A DNA stretch of 63,978 bases, the filler included, from Sphacelaria rigidula (taxonomy: Eukaryota), in assembly GCA_964200075.2 (NCBI GenBank). It is 8 parts of 8 records of this genome, joined end to end, with 100 filler letters (N's around TTAATTAATTAA, not from the genome) between each part and the next. Parts side by side here need not be neighbours in the genome. Positions count along the whole stretch, not along the records: positions 56,070 to 63,978 come from CAXNAA020013011.1; 7 more parts are not named here. One strand, given 5' to 3'. Positions 62,227-63,978 of the stretch are shown in pieces. Each line of letters begins with the position of its first letter. Within the stretch, counting starts at the first letter, position 1. Both the position numbers and the translations under genes were made by a program. Below the pieces are notes generated by a model. That model ran no database searches. It was not told the DNA's origin and saw only the letters and a list, made by a program, of their open reading frames with translations.

Positions 62227-62478
62227 GAGTCATCCTACGATAGGGGGGGGGTATTTGGATGCCCGAAAAACGAGGCTCAACAGTGTGTCAGACATCCTTC
62301 CACACTTGCGTTGCGCTTGGTGTTGGTTCCAAACGGTGTCAGACAGTATGGATGGGCGTTATTGATCCACAACAAGCTTATTCGAACAACCGTTGCTGCT
62401 TTCAACGACGACCTGACTCAAAATTTCGAGCAACAAATCGCCCAAAATACCCCCCCCCCCCCTATCGTAGGATGACTC
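62227..62478 (+). mobile_element. 252-bp MITE with GAG...CTC termini (Sola2-like)
   Basis: TIR GAGTCATCCTACGATAGGGGGGGG. Flanks ATCT / AACT. Confidence 0.85.
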
Positions 62479-62559
62479 AACTGTTCCGAGGCGACGCTCG
62501 TCGTCTAAGGGGTAATTATCCTTTCGAATTGCGGAAAATTCGGAACGTATATTTATCTC

Positions 62560-62840
62560 AACCTTATACGAGAGCTTGGGTGGTCATCTACTGAGCCTGC
62601 GAGCACTGTATCTACTCGGATTCACAAGGCGCACTTCATCTGTCTTCGAACGCCAATTTCAGCACCAGCTCGAAACACCTGGCGATACCGTTCTTTCATT
62701 TAAAATATGTGATTCGAGCCGGACAACTTAGGATAAACTATGTACGATCTTCGGAACAATTAGCCGATCTCCTCACCGAAAGTTGTGATAAAATTGTACA
62801 TCAGAGACTGCTGAAGGCTATAACCGAATTCGGGAGATGG
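62560..62840 (+). pseudogene. Ty1/copia RNase H remnant
   Basis: IYSDSQGALHLSSNANFSTSSKHLAIPFFHLKYVIRAGQLRINYVRSSEQLADLLT matches the copia RNase H pattern. Confidence 0.85.
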
Positions 62841-62873
62841 CGGATATTAATCGGGCAGGATATCCATCTTCAG

Positions 62874-62973
62874 CATCATCGTCAACGCTCAACTTCGATC
62901 ATCATCGTCAACGCTCAACCTCGATCATCTTCGTCAACGCTCAACTTCTACCATCATCTTCAACGCTCAACTT
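62874..62973 (+). repeat. 26-bp minisatellite, four units
   Basis: CATCATCGTCAACGCTCAACTTCGAT repeated with variants. Confidence 0.9.
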
Positions 62974-63978
62974 GGACCTTCCAATTGTTTCGAGTGCTGT
63001 CACCCAAGCGACATCTCAACGACCAACCCTAGGGCACCACACCGCATCACTTCTCAACCTATACCTCCAACACCTTCAACCCCCGACATTTTCTAAACCC
63101 AACCTCCAGCACCTTCTATCATCTCCATAATGAGCCACTGCATCAACAACAACTCCAACAACTACGGAAACAATCCCAGGCAAGGAAATAGAAATGCACG
63201 CGGAAACGTCGGGCGAAACCCAACATCAACAAATGGCCGTGCACACCGCACTTCGCACCGCCATAGGACACAAAACGGCGTAACAGCCGATACGCAGGCC
63301 CGCCTGAGTGACCAGCCGCTGCGACCCCAAGGACGCGCTACCACGTACGACACTGGGGAGATCGAGCTCCTATCGTACTGGACATCATCATCCCCGGACA
63401 GTCAACTGAGGAGCATGCGCGAATGGCGGGCATGCTGAGGATGTACGGGTTCACCGATGTTCGAGAGTACCCCAGTATTTTTTTATTTTTTGAGGAGCTT
63501 ACCGCAACTGTATCTACACAATGACTTGCCTTTTTATTGATGTCGGGATCTATAGAGCCCTCCTGGACTCAGAACAATGTCACAAGATTGCTCCGAGGGC
63601 TTCCTCCCTCACTAGGGCCTGGAGACTTCAAGACAGTTGTAACAATAAAACCACAGCCTTCGTTATCGGAAGTAACCACATGCGTGGAGCATGTGATGTT
63701 CAAATCCACATAGTCTGCCGATCAGACCCGCAAGTCTATCAACCAATAGAAAACGCCTACAGCAGATCGTTCTACTTGTATATCATCATGGACCTGCACG
63801 TACGTGTACTGGAGGTGGACTACTCTACAGCACCCCCCAAGACTACGCACCACTCGAAGTAGAACGCGAGTGTGACAAAACAGTAGACATCGACAATCAC
63901 GTATAACAGGGTTGCCAGAAAAATGAGAACGTATTTTGAAATGAGAATCAACCGCTCCCCGGGATTGTGTCCATTTTT

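Overview
Eukaryotic, repeat-rich genomic DNA. It is most likely a brown alga (Phaeophyceae). This is inferred from intron-rich genes with long introns, a signal peptide + Phe stramenopile-type plastid presequence and TTAGGG repeats. The window is not one locus. It is eight unrelated ~7.91-kb contigs (1-7911, 8012-15921, 16022-23931, 24032-31941, 32042-39951, 40052-47960, 48061-55969, 56070-63978) joined by artificial 100-nt N-TTAATTAATTAA-N spacers. Host genes, all partial and spliced: a CHCHD2/Mic17-like twin-CX9C protein, a DEAH-box RNA helicase (DHX57/36/29 group), a plastid/thylakoid-lumen-targeted protein, a probable TBC-like protein and an unknown protein. The rest is mobile DNA: a truncated Ty3/gypsy element, two Ty1/copia remnants, an RTE-type LINE relic, a PIF/Harbinger transposase exon, and Stowaway-, hAT- and Sola-like MITEs, several of them nested. 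Two things stand out. (1) A ~210-bp MITE family with TGT...ACA termini, ~37-bp TIRs, 4-5-bp TSDs and an internal telomeric (CCCTAA)n tract; there are nine near-complete copies, clustered in two contigs. (2) A complete 4-kb LTR element with no pol that encodes one 610-aa Gag-derived protein with 38-aa repeats and a hydrophobic segment. Most short ORFs in the supplied track are spurious.
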